From Lepidodermella squamata (Eukaryota; Animalia; Gastrotricha), in NCBI GenBank assembly GCA_047495785.1, contig JBLDXI010000014.1, forward strand, positions 496,001 through 560,000: DNA of 64,000 nt, read 5' to 3'. Of this stretch, positions 40,261-54,044 are shown piece after piece (the first letter of the stretch is position 1; each line of letters opens with the position of its first letter). Made by a program: the position numbers and the translations under genes. The notes beneath the pieces were generated by a model that saw only the letters and a list, made by a program, of their open reading frames with translations, was not told where the DNA came from and ran no database searches.

Positions 40261-41548
40261 CTTTAAGCATACTTAATATGGCAGAACGTAAGAGTAATAA
40301 ACTCAGATTTATGAATCGTGTATGGAAGCGGGGGCGGGTGGCTAGTTCTTTATTTGTTTTGTATCTGCCTCCCTCGAAACCCGAGGATACAGACGCCCAG
40401 TTTTTCTTGCGGAAGGTCACAAATCACGAAAAGAAAAATAACTACAGGTAACCGTTCACCGTTAACCATAAAGGGTTAGAGAACAGTTGCGCTTTAAATG
40501 AATATCGAACACCGGCCCGAGAAAAGCATTAGTTCCAAGGCAAAAGACAAAGAATTCGGCAAATTGCTGGCACAAACTTGGCACAATGCCTGCTTATAAC
40601 ATAGGAACCAGCTTGCCGTGAAACACTATTCCGTATTCGGTAATCATGAATCATGAATCGTAGTTGTAGTGCCAACTGTCAAGCGTCGTAAATCCCACGG
40701 CGAAGCAGGGTGACTAAATCGCGCTGCCGACAAAAAGCAAAACGCAGCAACGTGGTCGACGCAAAATATTTTATGAAAATTACTGTAAATTCTAATTTTC
40801 ATGAAGAGAATTTTCTTTTCGTAAAAAAGTTGTAATACCGGTGAACAAAAAAATTCTAGCTAAAATTTTTTTCAATTCAAGCCAGCGTCACTGATAACGG
40901 CGGAAAAGATGAAATGGGTGATTCAATAATGCGCAGCCGTAAGTGTGACACTCCTGGGGTTTATATAGTACTATACTACTCAAGGCTTTCTTTTCCCCTT
41001 ACCTTGTTCGAAAAATTCCAGGCCACCTTTTGCCGTTTTTTATTCTTCCCTTTTATGAAAATCAGAACGCAACTAAGCACGAAAACCCTTGATGCAACTA
41101 TTCTGAGTTGTTCAAAATGAGATTGGTGATTAAATAATTTATATACACTCTCCTTGCTTCAGGTGAGCAATAATCGCTGGCTCTGATTTTTAATAAAACT
41201 ATGAGCTGATATTGAATATCGAATCAACTTATGCTCATGCCATCCTACTTTAGAATCACGCACCGAAGCTAATGTTATCATGATACTTATCTCAGATTTT
41301 TATGCTGATCATATTGAGTTTTACCCAAATATTTTACGGTGAAACTTTAATATGGCCATATTAATCGGCGTGTGAAATGTGAAGCGCTAAAGTTGCACAT
41401 TTTTTATTTCATCTCAGTCTAATCAGCGCACGATAGTCTAATATATGTGCTGTTTGCTGTTAATTTGTGACTGCATCATAGGTTCACTTTAAACATGGAA
41501 AATCGATGGGATACTTAAATCAGACAATATTGCCATTAATTCATATAA

Positions 41549-44500
41549 ATGTCTGCTACTGAGACTCGCCATCTATGGGTATCTGGTTTGCCTAACACGT
41601 CGAACGAGGAGAAGTTGAAGCAACATTTTGAAAAGTAAGTGTACCATTTTGCAATTTACATCTTCGTCTTATTTCTTCTGTGTTTCAAATTAGGTATGGT
41701 AAAGTTAACAATGTCAAATTTATATGGCCATCAGCTACTGAATTAAATGCTATCGTCACTTTTGTGGACGTAAAGGTTGGTTTATTGTTTGACAGTTACC
41801 TTACTTATTTAGCTCATTCTGATTTCAACTCTGTCCATAAGACTGATGAATATCATAATTAAATTTATTTCTCGAGCTCCTTTTCGGTTTCTTATTATTT
41901 ATTTGTATGTTATGGTGCATTATTGTTGACGAATTTCAATGAACGATCATTTCATGTGGCAAAATATCTAATTAGTGGTGTTATTTTCAGTCCGCAGTCA
42001 AAGCTCGATCTAGTGAGAACGTGTTTGAAGGCGTTAGGCTAACGGCAGTCTACTATGATCCGCTTACAATCGTCTCAATGTCACAACAGGCAGCGGCAAA
42101 AGCAGTGCCGAAAAATGAAGCTGCGTTAGTCTTTACTTTCCGATCAAATTTCCGCGTTTTAATTTCTCATTTGCACCGGTTCAGTTCTCCAAAATCCGAC
42201 GGTCATGCTGCTGGTGACACAAGGCGGCGCAAATCGGGTAGTGCCGAGAGTCGATCTAGTTCATCTACCTCGTCACATTCAGACTCAGGACAGAAAGGTG
42301 GCGGAGGGGGTTATCGACGCCACCGATCTTCGTCTTCCTCGTCATCGCGCTCTTCAACAGGTTCTTCTAGGTCAGACAGATCCGATCGTCGCGGCGCGCT
42401 AAGCAACAACAAAGCTCCTCGTCTGAAGCGGGGAAAGCAACCTTTCGGTATACTGGTCAGAAATCTTCCGATTAAATCAAACTTGAAAGGACCGGCTGCT
42501 GCTTTGCAATGTTTGCACTATTATTTCGAATTTTTCACCTATAAATTTTCCTCTGTTGTATAGATGAAGACTTGAAGAAGAATTTGTTCCAGCTTTTCAA
42601 GCGGTTTGGCCATATAATGAGCATCATTATTGAAACCGACGGTAGTGATTGTCAAGCGGTCGTTACTTTCAGAAGGCCTGTTATCCAAGATGAGAAATTA
42701 TTTTACAACTAACGCCGCTTTATTACAACAGGTATCAAAGCTCTCGACAAGTTATAGACACTGCCGAAGAGATTCAATACCATGGCTGCACTTTGAGCCT
42801 TGCAATGCATGCTGGCTATGAAACTGATAACCAGGCGGATTATCGCCCACCAAGTGGTGATTTGAGCCCTTTCCACGCTAAGGCTACTCGAACACTTTTC
42901 GTCGGCAATTTGCCACTAACCATTACGCCGGAAGATCTCACCAAGCTGTTCTCGTCGTATGGGGATATTGTTGTATGTTGATTATTCTGTAGAATTGTAT
43001 TGGCACTCCCGAGTTATTTTCTAGGACATTGAGATTAAAAATCCTAACGTGCCGGAGGTGCAGTCCCTATATGGTTTCGTTCAGTTCACCGACGTAGACA
43101 GCGTTTGCATGGCGATGAAAGCTATGGATGGATACAACTTCGGTTTTAATAAGCTGAAACTCGGCTTCGGAAAGTCCATGCCCACCGCTTGTGTTTGGCT
43201 CAAGTCGGAAGGCATGAAGTTGTCTGAGCGTGAGTTGATGCGAACTGTCGCTCCTTGGGCGCTCCCAACATGCTGCATCATCGACAAAATCAAACGCCGA
43301 GCGCTGTTGTTCATGGATAGCATCGAAGGTGCTCAAATAGTTGTGCAGAAATTCAAAGAAGGCTTTCGCCTCAACGAAAAGAACGTTCAGGTAAGCAGTG
43401 GTGTAGATTGTACTGCTTCAGCAAGTTTCAATTAACTGTCTTTATAGGTGGACTTCGCTAGTCAAGTATGCCAGTCCCACTTCTTAGATGAAATGGAGCA
43501 CACTGGTCAGTTGAAGCCAGGAGAACGTGTCGAGGACAACGAGAAACGGATCTTTAACAGAAAATCCAGCAGCTCACGGTAGGTGTAGATTTAAAGAAAT
43601 TATATTGCTAAACTTCTTACTCTACTAGTGATTATGACAATCCAAGCGATGCGGCTTTTCTTTCTGATATGGCTCAAATGTCGGGAGTTGACGGATCTCA
43701 ATTCTCCCGCTCGAGCCGTGACCGGTTATCTAGGGGCGCAAGTGGCGATTTCAATCGATCACGAAACGGTGCTGCTGCTGGCTCCGGTTCCCGTGGTCGA
43801 TATTTTCAACCAGAATCACGTTCTAGGTCGCCATCTGGTCAGCAATCTCGTAATATGGACGATGGTAATAGATTCAATGCCGCTAGAAGACGGAGTGGCG
43901 GGTCTAGTGACTTGTTATCCCGGTCTGGCAGGTCGTCGAACTGGCAAGAGCCGGCAGATTCTCGTAAGCGGACGCGCCAGTATGATGAATCTGACAGTAG
44001 ATCGAACGTCCCCAAGTCGCCGCCACATCGCGCTGGGGATGAGCCAAGAAGCCGCAACTCACTGAGCGCCTCGAAACAATCGTCGGCTTCTCAACGTCGG
44101 GATCGAAGCAGTGGCGACCGATCCCGAGACGATCGTTCGATGGAGCAAGACAAGGCGAGGCCTCGCGGAGATTCCGAGCGACGCGAAACTGCGGACAAAA
44201 AGCTAAAAAGCTCCGGTCATTTCCGATCTGCAGAGACTGGCAGTCCTCATTTAGTTGACGCGTCGCCTCAGCAGCGGAAAAAACCGGCTGACCCGCATCA
44301 CCAACAACAAAGCCCCTCGCAAATGTCTTCCTCATCGCATACCAGCACTGGAGGCGGCACCGAGGCCTCGACCGATAATTTGCTGGAGCTGAACGAACTC
44401 GAAGCTAGGAAATTGCAGTTGATGCTCTTGCTTCGACAAATGGACAACGGTGGTGGTCCAAATGCCGCGGCAGCTGCGGCTGCTTTAGCAGCAGCGGGTG

Positions 44501-47500
44501 GGCATTTCACTGCGAAGGACTTGGACGGTGGAGAGCCAGCTGCGAAACATCCGCGTAAGGCAGTTCGCGGCGGCGGCGATGATGCCAGTGGCAGTGATTA
44601 CGACGGAGACGACGGCGACAGACGGAAATTTGATCGTAAAAAAGATCGTTCTGGCAATGGTCAAAAGTCTCAGAAGTCCTCATCGAAATCTTCGAGTGCC
44701 AAACAACCGCCGGTGACTAATTTGGCCGTATTACATGACAAGAGTGTTGAGGAAGAGGAGGAACTCGAACGGCGCGATGAAGAAGTGCGGAAAGCGAGGA
44801 TAGCTAGTCGCAAGTTGTGGCAGACTCGTCAAGCGGATCGGTTGAACTCTCATGCTCAAAACAATGGCAACGGGTTCGATCTGCCCCTACCTCGATTCGC
44901 TAAGAAGATGGGTAACGGAGATCAATACCCATCTAGTTTATCGCCGGACTCCGGCCCTTCATCAGATGATGATGATGACGACGATGACGACTACCGTAAC
45001 GGATCTAGTGGTCATCGTCGACGGACGGGAAGTAGCGGCGGGCCGCACTCGCATGCTGATAACGGCCGATCCAGTAAACGATCGCCTCGCTCGCGAACTA
45101 AGGGTGGCAGTTCCAGTAAGCACCGGCGCCACAACGAACTGAATTTATCGACTGAATCTCTTTCGTCTTCGTCGGCTGTCGGAGACTCTGCCATGTCCCC
45201 CACGATTGTGACCACCACCAAATCGCAGTCGGTTGATCGCGCCTCGACATCAAGCGGGCCCTCGGTCAGCCGACGCAGCTCTGTCCGCGGTAACAACCGC
45301 TGCAATGACGATAGTGTATCCGTGACGGTAACTCATGGTTTGCACAACATCAGTGATAGCGTTTCATGCCAATTCGAATCAACGAAGGAGCCGCTCCTTG
45401 CTCAATTAAGCGCTGCTTCTACAGGTAAGACTATAATTTGGTGGCATCCCCTAAAAAGATCTCATTTTCGAACAACCTCTACCCCTACAACGCTGTTAAG
45501 TGAATGGCTAATCCCTATTCTTCAAATTTTTTTAGATGATGCCTTTTGCGTGAAAGCAGAACCAGAGGCCGCTTCATCCCAGGCAGCCCCATGCCGGCCA
45601 GTTGTCGATTCAGGCTCAGAAATCGAGAAAAGTTGCGGGGACGACTTCAAGATGCAAATTTCAGTGTCTTCCGATCAAGCTGTCAAATGTGCTGTCGACG
45701 AAGAAATTGCCGAGCAATCTTCAACTTTTGCGGAAATCGATGATTTGTCCTCGGAATCCGATAACGAGTGCCCGGAAACCGTCATACAGTCGCCTGCCGC
45801 CGCAGTCGCACCACCTCTTGAGGATCCCCGCCGTCGCGGATCTTCGATTTCAGCGCCAATGGACATCGATCTTGACCTTGATGAGAAACTGCGAAATATT
45901 GACGCTAAACTAGGTCAGGCTGAAATGATCCAAAAACAGGTTTGTACCAATTCAGAGCCTTATTTTATAAGATGAAAACCTCTCTTTGTGTACTAAGGAA
46001 CCAACTGTTCCCGTTGTTTCATCGGCCGCTTCCCTTTCCAGTAGTTCGGTACGGTTTCGCAAGAAAGCCGCCACCCCGACTACTTGTGGGTTGGAAATCG
46101 TCGCCGGCGTTACACAGAGCATTGTCGGCCGTGCGAGTGAAGTCATCAATTCGATGCTTCAACGGAAATCGATTCTCGACGAAGATTATGGCCGATTTCA
46201 GCATTATGGTGGCTCGGCATCTAAAACATCCATCGACCCAGCTGCCGAAGTTACATCGCCAACCACCGGCGTGCTGTTGTCGCCTAAAACCCCGGCATGG
46301 CCTCCAGTTTCGTCAATTAGCGCGACAGTCGCTTCTGCAACACTTTCGCGGCAGAATTCAACAACGTCGACGCGAGAACTGCACTCGATTCTAAAGCATA
46401 CGACATCGGAGCAGCTACCAGGTTTGTTTTATTTTATTTTATTTTAACTCAACTGAAATTTCTGCCTTACAGTAGCCACTCAGTCTCAACCATCCCTGTC
46501 AATTGCTGTTAACTGTGCTTCACCAGACGGAACCCCGATTTCACCGAACCAACCAGCGCTGGGTGGCAAGAATTTTCCAGGCTTGCCTCAGCCAAACGTT
46601 GGGATATCGCCACGCGATCCTCGTATCATGCATCACGCTGCCAAAGACGCCACCAACGCCTCTGAAGCGACCACTGCGACCACTCCTAAAGAACGCACAC
46701 CCTCTGCATCCGCTACCAATTGCACTACCTCAGGCTCGAATGCAGGACTCAATCCAAGCCCTGTAAAAACATCGACGTCTTCAGTCAGTAGTCTATCTGG
46801 CACGGTTAGTTGTATTTCTTATTGGACATGAAACTAATCGTATTGTAATATTTTGAGATCTCAGTTCAGTCGATATGACGTTTTTCCGAACCCTTATCAT
46901 CAATAAAAACCCTTTGTTTTTTTATAGAAATCGGCTGCTCATAAACCAACACACCTGGCAACTTCATCTTCGTCTCGCCATGGCAGTATTTCCAATTCCT
47001 CATCTGGTGTTCCGTCTAGTCGGCAATCCGCCAGTGCTACGGGTGCGAGCGGTAGCGGTAGCGCGACAAAGGACTCGGCAACCTCAGCTGCTGCAAGCGC
47101 CACTCCCGCTAGCACGCCCAGCACTGCAACGGCTGGCGGTGTCAACGATTTATTCAAGCCAGACTCCATCATTGTCGTTCAAAAACCAGCGGCTAAAGTT
47201 GTTCCTCCCAAACCGGTGAAGCCTCTGGAGAAGCGCAGGGAGAGCAGCGATGGCAAGACTGGCGACGGCAAAAAGTTGGTAAAGACTTCGCAAAATGTTT
47301 TAGTCAAGAAACCGAGCGCTCCAACACCCGCATCAACATCGGAGAAGAAGGCTGCGAAACCGAGCGAATCTACTGTTTCCGTGTCAGCATCAAGCTCCAC
47401 CACTGCGGCGCAATCGACGCCGACTGCTGCTAGTCTTACGAAACCAGCCAAACCGGTGAAGAAGCCTTCCGATGAAATTGCTGTGGTCAAGTCAGAAAAG

Positions 47501-50500
47501 TCGGAAAGGCATGAAAAGTCGGAGAAGTCAGATAAAGGAGAAAAATCAGACAAAGCAGAAAAGACGGACAGAGCAGAAAAGACGGACAGAGTAGAAAAGG
47601 CAGAAAAAACGGAAAAGTCGGACAGAGCAGAAAAGGCAGACAGAGCTGAGAAATTCGACAGACTTGAGAAGTCGGACAAACTTGAGCGGAGTGAGAAGGC
47701 TGATAAGATTGATCGGCACGAGAAACACGAGAAATCGGCGGAAAAGAGTGAAAAGAGCCTCAAACCTTCGCCACAACTTCCCAAGACTTCGCAACACCAG
47801 TCGCTGCCCGCTATCAAAAGTAAAGAAAGTAAAGAGCAGTCGAAGCACAATAGCGAATCGTCGAAGCACGACTCCAAGCACTATCAGCACAAGTCTTCGT
47901 CAGCAACTCGTGAGAGCGATATCGAGCGGAAGAAACGGAAGAAAATGGCTGAGAAAGCAGCTCGGAGGCAGCAAAAGAAAGAGACGTCTTCAGAGCGAAA
48001 GAGCGGCAAACGCGGTCGACAGGCGGGTGGTGGCCGCGAACTGCAGCGCTTGCTCACTGAGAAGTCTTACTTCTTGGACGAACATGACGATTCGTCGATG
48101 GACGCAGCAACTGAGCGTGCCATCGCTGAGGCGGCTGGCTACGCGTTCTACTCGATGTACGACAAGGTGAAGCGTCGTTCGTGTAAAGTTTCCGACAAGG
48201 ACCGCCAGCTGGACAGCAATTTCCGACAACGGTAAGTCGTCTAGGTTTAACGAAGTTTTTGCCAGGTTTTAACCCTAATAGCGTGTCACTGTGTGTAATT
48301 GCAGCGTTTAATTTTACCCCATGCCCGGGACTCGCTACTGCTACTACTACTACCTGAGTGACAAAGTGTAAATCTGAAAATGGGTTTTTGTGATCACTTT
48401 GCTGACAGCCTGGTTTGAGCATCACTTGCCTGGTTTGAAATGATTGAAGAAAAACGCGAATAAAATAGGCGTCGCCAAAACTGAAGGCTGACAACTCATA
48501 ACATGGCGCGGTTTGGTCATTTTCGTTTTTACGTTTCAATTGTGAAGTCTGCAGAAGAAGAATCCTGACGCGGGCTTGACGCTCGCTGCTCTTCGTTCAT
48601 TTATTCGTTCGTTCGTTCATTGTTGACGAACAGTCGACACGGCGGTTTTGCGGCGCGGAGTTGCCGTCGTGTCATGTTCTCGTTTTATTGTACACGCATA
48701 TGTATCTGGCTCGCTTTGCTGCTCTATTTCCCCACAACCAAAAATAGCAATGTGGCTTAGAAATAAATGTTCCCTCCGCAATCGTAGCCCCGCGCACATA
48801 TATGCGACGACAGAAAAATACGCTGGGCATTTGTTCTGTGCTACTTGTGCGATACGCGAGAGCAAACAAGACCTGAGCGCCGGTCAGCACGTTGCCATTC
48901 TTGTGGTCTGCCGCGGCGGCGGCAACGTTGTCATTGCATGTTTTGACATTGCCAAATATGCATTATACAATTACATAGTGTTTCCTGAGTCTCTTTCTGC
49001 CTACGACTTGCAAAAGTGGTGTGTACGTTTTTACGTTCACAAGCTGCAAAAAGTTATACATTTCACCTTTCGTCACTCGTCCATATATGAGTAGTAGAGA
49101 ATGCGAGCATCGCTTAGAAAAAGGGCGTTTGTACCAATCGCCGCAACTTATCGGTGAGCCGCGCTACTTTGATTTTTTCCTTGAAATTTTCCAACTTCCG
49201 CCTTAATTCACTACGTTAATTCATTTTTCAGGCTCGATGAGCTTAAACGGCAGCGCCGTAAGGGTAAGCGAAGCAAAACGGACGAAAACGGAGTTGGCGC
49301 TAGTCGGAGTGAATTCGAGTCCAGTGACGACAATTCTGATGACTCTGAAAATTCGGATAACGAGTCTGCAAACTCGCGTCTCGAACGGCCTCGCAGCGGC
49401 AAACATCAACGTCAACGCAGCATGACTTCGTCTAGTGAAGACCACAGTGTCGGTAGCATTGGTTTCTCGACGGATTCGTCCTCTGATTCGCAGTCTGACT
49501 CTGATAATGACAGCGACAGCAATAGCAATAGCAGCTCGTCTGATTCTGAACAGGGCAGTGGAAGCGACTCGTTTTCATCCTCTTCCGGCAAGCTTAACAA
49601 GTCCGAGGATTCTACAAGCCGTAATGACAGTTCTTTGGTGCTCAGCAAAGATGGAAATACACCAGAACCACCTCGACCGACCTCGGCTCCAATCGTTACT
49701 GCGAGTGCAACGTCATCAGCACTCATCCACGATGAATCAGCGAAGCAATCTGACAAAGACGTCGAGGTACAACCTGTCGATGAAGTGCGCTATGTCGACA
49801 ACGCGAAACAACTTATTGTTAAGTCAGAGTTGTGCGAGGAGAAGCAGTCTATGGAAATATCGGCCGAGCCAGAAATTCAGCCACCTGTTATTGTCAATGA
49901 TGACGTTCCTTGTCAACCAGCGCCTGCTGAGCCTGTGCTTGCTGCTGAGCCCATCGTTGCCATGGAAGTTGTGCCTCAAAGCATCTCTGAAGTGAAAGCT
50001 GAAGTTGAGCCTCCGCAACCGAGTGTTGCCGTGGAAGAGGTCCAGCCAGTGATCACTGCTCCGATGGTACAGCCGATGGAAAGCGTTGAAGTTCCTGTCC
50101 AGTCCAATGTTGCTTCTGAAAAAGTCGATGCTCCTCCTGCTCTTGCTCCTGCTCCTGTTATCTCATCATCCGATACGAATCGCCTCTCTACCAGTGTCGA
50201 ATCGAGCCAACCTGTCGAAGTCAAAGCCATGTGAGTATTTCTTTATTTTTACCCCAACTGAAATGTTAGTTCTGATTTTATCGTAACGCGTTAGTGTAAC
50301 TAAAATGGTTTATTTGCATTCACAATTAATGCGTTTACTTGATGTTTTGCTTTAGGCCCGCCGAGACGGAAACTTTGCCAGTTGTCAAGGTTTCCGATGA
50401 ATTGCCAGTTGAAGCTATTCCTCAGCGCGAGTCCTTGCCGATAGTCAATAAGGAAAGCGTGGAAACAGCGGAGGTAGAGAAACCGATAATCGCTCCACTT

Positions 50501-52602
50501 GCGCCGGTCCTGACTTTTGGAGACATTGTCTCCCGTGTTTTGGAAAACGCGGAAGATGAGCCTGCTGCTGTTGCCGCCCCGTCGTCACCACCAGCGATCA
50601 AGGCCAAGCCACCATCGACTCCACCACAGCAACCGCAGCAACCGCAGCAGCCGCAATTGCCCGTTATTGGTATCGATACGATTGTTAATCGTCTTATCAG
50701 CCAAGAAATGGACAAATTGGCAAAATCGAACGCGACCCCGCCTGTGCCTCTTGCGCAAGCTATGCCTCAACAGAGTGTGGTGAAACAGCAACCGCAGGCT
50801 GCTACTGTCTCTCGACCGAACACCGTTACTATTGAACAGCCGATTCTGCCATTCCAATCTCTTGTCAAGCCTCCGACTGCCGAACAGTTACTTGTTCATG
50901 GTTTTCAATTGCCAGTGGCTCAGGCTCAGCCGCAGCAGCAGATACAGCCTGCTTCATTACCACCTCAGCAGCCACAGCAGCAGCAGCAGCCGCCACCAGT
51001 TCAACCCCAAGTCTCACAAGCGCCTGTCCAAACAATGCCTACCATACACCAGCAGCATCAACAGGTACAACAACAACAGCCGCAACAGCAGCAACCTCAG
51101 CCGCAGCCTCAAACCCAGGCCGCGCCAATGTGGCCTGGGGCCGCAGCTTCGTTCCTGCCGCCTCACTTCAATCCAGCGGCACTGTGCGCTCCGCCTGGTA
51201 CGGCGAGGCCTCAGCAGCAACCAATCCCAGCCCCGCCGAACCCGCAGCAGCTATTACAGGGAAATTTACCGAACGAGCTTACCGCAACAATGGCAGCTGC
51301 CTGGGCGTTGTTCGGAGGTGGTGCATCGGGTCCGAACCCCTTTGCCGCAGCCGCAGCCGCTGCTGCTGCTCAGACCCCAACTCCGGCATCAACGCCGGCG
51401 TCTAGTTCTGGGCCAAATTCGCTGTTTGACTTTTTGAGCGCCAATGCCGCTGGTCAAAACGCTCCACCGGTGGGTTTTCTCAACTCCCCGCTCATGCCGG
51501 GTGGCCTGTTTCCGACCAACTCTCCTTCGTCTGCATTGCCGTCCCACCATCCGCTGGCTATGCTAGGCCAATCTCAGCCATCACAACAGGTAGATCCTGC
51601 GTCTTTGTTCGCTGCGATGGCTCAACGGGCACTATCGGCGGATCCTCATGCCGCTGTCGCTGCTCAGTTGCAGCAGATGATGCAGCAGCAACAGCAACAA
51701 CAGCAGCACCAACAGCAGCAGCAACAACAGGCGGCCCAACAGCAGCAACAACAACAGCAACAGCAGCAACAAGCCCAACTGCAGCAACAACAGCTCGTGG
51801 CTGCTATGGCGATGCATCAGTCAAACATGCTCAATCGGCTTGGGCCGACCAACTTTTACGGAGCCAATGATTTACCATTGATCTTGGCTAAGGTGAGTTT
51901 CAGAACGCCATAGTTAGCATTTTCACAAATTTTTCCGTCTTTTCAGAAGTACCCCGTGGTGTGGCAGGGAAGTCTGACGCTGAAAAATGACCATTGCCCC
52001 GTTTCGATGCATCATATAAATTACAACAACTCACCGTTCGCACACGACCTTATCTCTGGTCTTCAACGATCGAACCAACTGCGCGTCTCCCAACGCATGC
52101 GCATCGATCAAACTAACTTGGCGCCAATTCGGAAGGCAGTCTTCAACGCTGCAGCCGCATTCGGCGGTGATCCTACCAGCCAATGCTGCGTGCTTCTCGT
52201 CCTTGCCGGACACGGTCGAGATCCGTCGGAAGACGCGCGATCTATTCAAATGTTCCATACCTCGTTTGTATCATACCTTACGCAGAAGGTTTGTAGTAAA
52301 TCTCAATGTATAGTCATTTTTATTGATATTTTTCATCTTAGGGTGCTGCTGGTATCGTTGATTCGCTGCAGTCGTTGTCGGCTCAGCCATGTTTGCTTCA
52401 TTTATTTCCACCTTGCGATTTTGTCGACCGCGAATTCATTCAAACATGTGCGCCCGAAATCGGGAAAGCCCTGAGCGTAGCAGCGACAACTGCTCAGCTT
52501 GGCCACCGGCTGCCTTATTGCCTTGCTGTGTTGTGCAACGCACAAAGCGCTCAACAACCGGTACTTTCCGAGAATTCCGCCCTACTCATGTCGTCGGCTT
52601 GA
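41549..52602 (+). CDS. SPEN: SPEN/SHARP/split ends: four RRMs, long low-complexity middle, C-terminal SPOC domain
   Basis: ETRHLWVSGLP, FGILVRNLP, FHAKATRTLFVGNL, KLGFGKSMPTACVW, VDFAS, SMYDKVKRRS, SPOC KYPVVWQGSLTLKND...LRVSQRMRI...SYLTQK|GAAGIV...HLFPPCDF. Confidence 0.95.
47488..47763 (+). repeat. Coding tripeptide-periodic charged repeat (x-E/D-K/R)n in SPEN
   Basis: KSEKSERHEKSEKSDKGEKSDKAEKTDRAEKTDR...; 9- and 18-nt periodicity. Confidence 0.85.
51664..51793 (+). repeat. CAG/CAA polyglutamine tract in SPEN
   Basis: Mixed CAG/CAA codons encoding interrupted polyQ shortly before the SPOC domain. Confidence 0.9.
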
Positions 52603-53604
52603 AAGCTTTTGCTTAAAGACTACATTCGAACGATTTTTGATGATCACTGATCTACAAATAGTGAAATTGCATGTCATGCAACGACTGAGTTACTCTAGCT
52701 TGTGGATCATTCAAATTCTCGGTTAGCCACCACGTGTACTGATGTGTTGTTACCATCAATCGCTGTCTCAGATGTCATCTTTTCGATTTGAACGTGTGAA
52801 ACGTTCGTGTGACATTGTAAAAAATTATTTCTTAATTAGAAAGTCATCGTATTTCTTGGCGCCCTCGCCGTCATCTCATTGAGCTCATTGATTACATCCC
52901 TAATTTTTGCGATATCAACCTACAAAATCATGGAGCAATGGGCTATAGATGATGGAGGAGATTAGTAAAAACTAGAAGGCTTTGAATTCGTGCGTAGCGA
53001 ATGTCCATTTTCGCTGACTTGTAAATAATGATGATAAACGTATATGTATATCAGTTGGCATAGTCTGTGTTGACGCGGCTTTTGTTACAGAAGAATTTCA
53101 AATAAAAGGACGAACTGTCTCTCATTTTTTCATTGATTTGTCATTGTAATTATCGCTCGGGAACAATCTTTCACATTTCAGGTTGACATCTATTTGTTAG
53201 TGACCGATGAAGGTTATTCAAAACATTAAAGGCAAAGTAATAAGGTGAGATTTGATCGGCCGATTTTACGGGCAGCTGGTTAGGTTCTGACAATCGTCTA
53301 TCACAATCGTGAGCAGCTGTGCATCAATCTCTCCATTTGACTCGGGTAATGTTAATGACAAGAAGATACTGAAATGCCACTGCAATACAGCAGGTTAATT
53401 TTTAGCTTTGGATTCGGTTAAAATCAGGTGAGGCTCCGAATAGACTCCCGTGGATGGCTACCCAAGGCTCGAGCAGACTCCTTGCATATTTAGACTCCGA
53501 CAAAGGGTGATAAGCAGCATTTTCAGGTCATTTTCAGGGGCGTAAACAGCTGGTTGTTTTGGTTGTTCAAACAACTACCAATATGAAGTCTCAAAAACCC
53601 CTCT

Positions 53605-54044
53605 TCGGCCTATAAAATGGCTTAAATTGCTTATAAAATGGACGAAATGTTGGCAAAGTTGTCAAAAAAATTCTCGCTTCGCTCGAAATCCAGACATTTT
53701 CAATATTTTCTATTGAAAATGTTTCTTTTTTGCCTTTGGAAACTGAAAAATTAGCATTCATTAACGAAGTGAGACAAAATACACTGTGGAGACTCCGCCA
53801 ACGATTGCAGACTCCGACCACAGACTCGTTTATTTTCGGGCTTGGACCACACTGCACCAGGTGAATATTTTATAGGTTAATGATCAGCGTAAGTATCCAA
53901 GTTCCTCTCAGATCAAGCATATACTATAAGAAGTAAAAATAATCAAAAGTTGGTCAAAAATCGCCACGGTTGACCGGGCCCGGTCGGGAGTGGCCAAACT
54001 TTTTTTTTACATACAGCAAAGTTTGGGCATTGTTAAATATAATA
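53605..54044. repeat. 440-bp direct repeat, copy 1 (putative target-site duplication)
   Basis: TCGGCCTATAAAATGG...GTTAAATATAATA; by-eye identical to 56484-56923 at a constant offset of 2879. Confidence 0.95.

Noticed and set aside
42490-42563. Possible GA-AG intron in SPEN RRM2
   Set aside because: A canonical 53-nt GTTTGC...TAG intron in the correct phase explains the junction.
47179-47890. Long antisense ORFs over SPEN, and similar shadow ORFs over AKR, ALIX, neprilysin and ARIH1
   Set aside because: These are by-products of low-complexity or codon-biased sense coding sequence.
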